Of a DNA stretch of 64,000 nucleotides, positions 60,425 to 64,000 are shown in pieces. Origin of the DNA: an uncultured candidate division Zixibacteria bacterium (GTDB lineage: Bacteria > Zixibacteria > MSB-5A5 > RBG-16-43-9); NCBI GenBank assembly GCA_963713865.1, contig OY970208.1, forward strand, positions 2,528,001 to 2,592,000, given 5' to 3'. A program made the translations under genes and the position numbers. The notes beneath the pieces were generated by a model. The model made no database searches, was not told the origin of the DNA, and was given only the letters and a program-made list of their open reading frames with translations. Numbering within the stretch: the stretch's first letter is position 1; the number at the start of each line of letters is the position of its first letter.

Positions 60425-61791
60425 TATTTTTTACCTTTCAGATTCAAGACTGTGAGTTTAAATACTCTACCCCTATCCTCATAATCCTTAAACATATCAA
60501 AACTGGCGCAGGCAGGAGAAAGTAGAACACAATCACCTTTTTCCGCTTTCTGGAAACCCAATTCTACCCCCTCTTTCATAGAATCAACCAAATAAGTAGG
60601 GACCAGATCACCTAAGGCATCCTTTATCTTCTCCTTAGCCTGACCCAACAATATCAAACCTTTTACCTTTTTCTGAACCAGTTCCCTCAATTTACTGAAA
60701 TCCCCACCCTTGTCTTTACCACCAGCTATAAGGAATATTGGCTCCTTTATACTCTGCAGAGCATAAAAAACAGAATCTACATTCGTAGCCTTTGAATCGT
60801 TGACAAACCTTATCTGGTCGATTATCACCACCTCCTCCAAGCGGTGTTCCACTCCTTTGAAACTTCTTAAAGCTTTTTCCATTGACTCTTTCTTGACACC
60901 TAAAACCCCGCAGATTGCGCAGGCAGCTGCAGAATTAGCCAGGTTATGAGGACCTTTTATACCTATCTCCTCAACCGGTATTACTTCTTCGATTTTTCCA
61001 TTAAGCTGGAAAACCAGATTTCCGTTTTTTACATAAGAGCCTACTTTTAATTCGCTGTTAGTGCTGAAAAACAAACTTTTTGCTCTGGAAAGTGGTGCCA
61101 GCTTGGATGTTACCGGGTCGTCCCAGTTCAAAACTACAAAATCCTTTTCGGTTTGGTTCTCCAGGATTCTTAATTTTGCATCGGTATAACTTTTCAAATC
61201 AGGATAACGGTCTAAATGGTCCGGAGTAATATTTAAAATAGCAGAGACTTTAGGGCTGAACTCCTCAATCTTTTCTAACTGAAAACTGGAGATCTCTAAA
61301 ACGATTATACCTCCACTGGAGACCTCCTGCACCACGCTCGAAAAGGGAACTCCGATATTGCCCGCCACTTTGCATTCCCTGCCATCTTCTTTAAATATCT
61401 CACCTACCAGAGTAGTGGTAGTAGTTTTTCCATTCGAGCCAGTGATACCGACAACTTGTGCTTCCGTTAACCAGAAAGCTACTTCGATTTCTGAGAAGAT
61501 AGGAATCCCTTTTTCTTGAGCTTCAACTAATATGGGAAGATCCGCAGAGACGCCAGGACTTATAACCAGATAATCCTGGTAATCGATTGCCTTCTTTGTA
61601 TGCCCGCCTGTTTCATATTCTATACCTGATCTTTTCAACTCCAGAATCTCAGGGGACAGATTCTCCTCTTCTTTCTTTTCAGTAATAAAAACTTGAGCAT
61701 CTAAGCTCTTTAAAAGCTTAGCTATTGCCATCCCGGAACGAGCCATTCCAAAAATTGAGACTTTTTTACCTCTAACCCGATCCGCTCTCAC
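60424..61791 (-). CDS. murD: UDP-MurNAc-L-Ala-D-Glu ligase
   Basis: TGSNGKTTT, EISSFQL, NDSKATN, LSPACASFD; likely GTG start 61791. Confidence 0.95.
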   Translation of the reverse strand: MRADRVRGKKVSIFGMARSGMAIAKLLKSLDAQVFITEKKEEENLSPEILELKRSGIEYETGGHTKKAIDYQDYLVISPGVSADLPILVEAQEKGIPIFSEIEVAFWLTEAQVVGITGSNGKTTTTTLVGEIFKEDGRECKVAGNIGVPFSSVVQEVSSGGIIVLEISSFQLEKIEEFSPKVSAILNITPDHLDRYPDLKSYTDAKLRILENQTEKDFVVLNWDDPVTSKLAPLSRAKSLFFSTNSELKVGSYVKNGNLVFQLNGKIEEVIPVEEIGIKGPHNLANSAAACAICGVLGVKKESMEKALRSFKGVEHRLEEVVIIDQIRFVNDSKATNVDSVFYALQSIKEPIFLIAGGKDKGGDFSKLRELVQKKVKGLILLGQAKEKIKDALGDLVPTYLVDSMKEGVELGFQKAEKGDCVLLSPACASFDMFKDYEDRGRVFKLTVLNLKGKK

Positions 61792-61854
61792 ATAAACCTC
61801 TCTTCTATCACACAGAACTTTCAATTTCTCCCCGCAAACCCTTATCCTTTTTTC

Positions 61855-61980
61855 TGGAGTGCAAGAGCTTGTCGTAGCGAAGCGAAGATCCCGTTTTTTC
61901 GGGACTCTTGCTTTTTCAAAGCATCAGCCTCAAGGTCAAATTCGACCTCAAGGTCAAATTCGACAAGCTGATGCATTCCG
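61855..61980. repeat. GGAGTGC REP doublet with both loops carrying inserts (33 nt; 2 x 18 nt)
   Basis: Inserts 61872-61904 and 61928-61963 sit at the same loop position relative to the empty REP at 26797. Confidence 0.88.
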
Positions 61981-62003
61981 ATTTCATCCTTTGAACCCTT
62001 TTT

Positions 62004-63092
62004 TTATCTTATTTTTAACGTGCTCAAAGTTAAAAGTGCAAATATTGCACCTGCAATCCAGAATCTCACCACCACTTTTGGCTCTTTCCAGCCTGAAAGC
62101 TCAAAATGATGATGAAGTGGTGTCATTTTAAAAATTCTTTTACCTTTACTCCATTTAAAATAACTTACCTGCAAAATAACTGAAAGAGCTTCCGCCACAA
62201 ATACCCCTCCCACGATTACCAGGAGCAACTCCTTCTTCACCATTACAGCAATAATTCCTAAGGAGCCACCTAAGGCTAAAGCCCCGGTATCCCCCATAAA
62301 TACTTCTGCCGGATAGGAGTTGAACCATAAGAAGCCCAGAGCTGCCCCTATTAGAGTCCCGCAGAAAATGGTCAACTCTCCACTTCCTTCTAAATAGGTT
62401 ATACCTAAATATCTGGAGAAATCGGTTCTACCTGTGACATAGGCTATACCAGCAAAGGCAACCGCACATAGACCGGTTAAACCTATAGCTAACCCATCCA
62501 ATCCGTCTGTTAAATTAACCGCATTGGAAGAACCGGTTAAGACTAACATCACAAATGGGATATACAAAATCCCGAAGTCCAGGAAGTAGTTTTTAATGAA
62601 TGGAATCTCCGTGGCCGTATCGAAATTACGAGAGGGAGGGAAAAAATAAAGAAGAGCACCTAAGACCAATCCTAAACTTATTTGCCCGACTAACTTTTTC
62701 CTACCCACCAACCCCTTAGGTTGATGCTTTAGAGCTTTGAGATAATCATCCATAAACCCTATCAAACCCATCCAGATAGTGGTTAAAAGTATCATTTGAA
62801 TATAGCGATTAGTAAGGTCAGCCCAAAGGGCAGTGGGCAGCACAACTGAGAAAAGGATAATCAGTCCACCCATAGTTGGCGTCCCCTCCTTCGTCAGATG
62901 GGATGCTGGCCCCTCTGCCCTTATCTTCTCCTTAACCTGTTTCTCCTTCAGCTTGCGAATAAAATATGGTCCCAGAATCAAACTTAATAAAAGCGCGGTA
63001 ATAGTAGCATAGGCCGTGCGGAAGGTTATATATTTAAATAGATTAAAAAAACTGATATTTTGACTCAAAGGATATAACAGGTGATAAAACAT
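62004..63092 (-). CDS. mraY: Phospho-MurNAc-pentapeptide translocase
   Basis: GTPTMGG, DDYLK, NLTDGLDG, FMGDTG, HHHFE. Confidence 0.96.
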   Translation of the reverse strand: MFYHLLYPLSQNISFFNLFKYITFRTAYATITALLLSLILGPYFIRKLKEKQVKEKIRAEGPASHLTKEGTPTMGGLIILFSVVLPTALWADLTNRYIQMILLTTIWMGLIGFMDDYLKALKHQPKGLVGRKKLVGQISLGLVLGALLYFFPPSRNFDTATEIPFIKNYFLDFGILYIPFVMLVLTGSSNAVNLTDGLDGLAIGLTGLCAVAFAGIAYVTGRTDFSRYLGITYLEGSGELTIFCGTLIGAALGFLWFNSYPAEVFMGDTGALALGGSLGIIAVMVKKELLLVIVGGVFVAEALSVILQVSYFKWSKGKRIFKMTPLHHHFELSGWKEPKVVVRFWIAGAIFALLTLSTLKIR

Positions 63093-63100
63093 CTTACTTT

Positions 63101-64000
63101 TTAATCCTGCGGACGGATCCGTAGAACCGGAAAAAGTTTTTTCAAGCCATTTACTATCTCTTCCAATCCCATTTTCCTGGAACCTTTGAAAAGAATTAAG
63201 TCACCAGGTTTCATTATCTCTAAAAGATTTTCCAAAAGTCTTTTTTTATCCTGAAAAGAAAATACATTTTTCTTATCAAAACCTTTTTCTAAAGCCCCTT
63301 GAGCAATAGCTAAGGAAAGCTCTCCAAAGGTAAAAAGGTAGTCGATTCCATATTCTTTTACTTTCTCTCCGATATTTTTGTGAAACTCAAAAGATTTTTC
63401 ACCTAACTCCAGCATATCACCTAAGACTGCAATCTTTCTCCCATCTGTTTTAATCCCCCGTAGGGTCTCTAAAGCTTTTTCCATAGAGAAAGGGTTAGCA
63501 TTATAGGCATCATTTATGATTTTTATTCCATCTATCTCAGCAAATTCCATCCTCAGATCAAAAGGAGTATAATTTTCCAGGGTTTCTTTTATCTTTCCCT
63601 TTTCTACCCCTAAGATTGAACCTGCGGAGAATGCGGCTAAGGCATTATATAAATTATGCTTACCTAAAAGCTTAAGTTTAATCGGAACTGAGCTGTTAAC
63701 TGAAAAAGAGAAAAAGCCATTACCGTTTTGCATAATCTTTTCTGCAATAAAATCAGCTTTTCTTTCCAGACCAAAGGTATAGACTTTCTTCTCCTCTTTT
63801 TTAGCTCTTTCATAAAGATAGGGATCATCAACATTCAGAATTGCAGTTCCTTTTTCATCCATATTTTCTAAAAGTTCGAATTTTGCCCGAGCGATATTCT
63901 CTAAGCTTCCCATAAACTCTAAATGAGCTGGACCGATATTGGTGATCAGTCCAATATCCGGCTTCACCATTCTGGTAAGAATACCTATCTCTCCGGGCTG
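63101..64000 (-). CDS. murF: UDP-MurNAc-tripeptide-D-Ala-D-Ala ligase, 5'-partial
   Basis: TNIGPAHLE, NDAYNANP, LGDMLELG, KGSR. Confidence 0.94.
   Translation of the reverse strand, partial: QPGEIGILTRMVKPDIGLITNIGPAHLEFMGSLENIARAKFELLENMDEKGTAILNVDDPYLYERAKKEEKKVYTFGLERKADFIAEKIMQNGNGFFSFSVNSSVPIKLKLLGKHNLYNALAAFSAGSILGVEKGKIKETLENYTPFDLRMEFAEIDGIKIINDAYNANPFSMEKALETLRGIKTDGRKIAVLGDMLELGEKSFEFHKNIGEKVKEYGIDYLFTFGELSLAIAQGALEKGFDKKNVFSFQDKKRLLENLLEIMKPGDLILFKGSRKMGLEEIVNGLKKLFPVLRIRPQD

Noticed and set aside
1-64000. CRISPR array or integron cassette array
   Set aside because: No regularly spaced identical repeats with unique spacers, and no cas or integrase gene; the repeats are dispersed palindromes.

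Overview
AT-rich bacterial chromosomal window of mostly housekeeping genes. A C-terminal dockerin-like tag on a secreted M6 protease suggests candidate phylum Zixibacteria (inference only). Gene blocks: fprA; two tandem glnA paralogues; xseA-xseB-ispA-dxs-[MTase-nuclease fusion]-nadK-recN; rlmI, larC/larB, dusB; a tandem-FHA / metallophosphoesterase / CHASE2-Ser/Thr kinase operon; rplU-bamA-skp-lpxD; a TIR-TM / antitoxin / VapC / thioredoxin cassette; osmC, mscL and copper genes; a hypFCDEAB operon divergent from a Tat-exported group-1 [NiFe] hydrogenase with a Rex-type operator; three tRNAs; and the dcw cluster (murF to ftsZ). Almost every intergenic gap carries REP-like palindromes of several families, and two REP-associated HUH tyrosine transposases (RAYT) are present, each with REP copies inside its own ORF. 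The most striking signal is a second layer of 18-41 nt micro-insertions. They sit inside REP hairpins and inside genes; most end in GA immediately 5' of CA(A/G) with no target duplication, and one is present in tandem, which suggests a miniature HUH/rolling-circle-like mobile layer. Six single-base frameshifts, three in essential genes, are probably sequencing or assembly errors.
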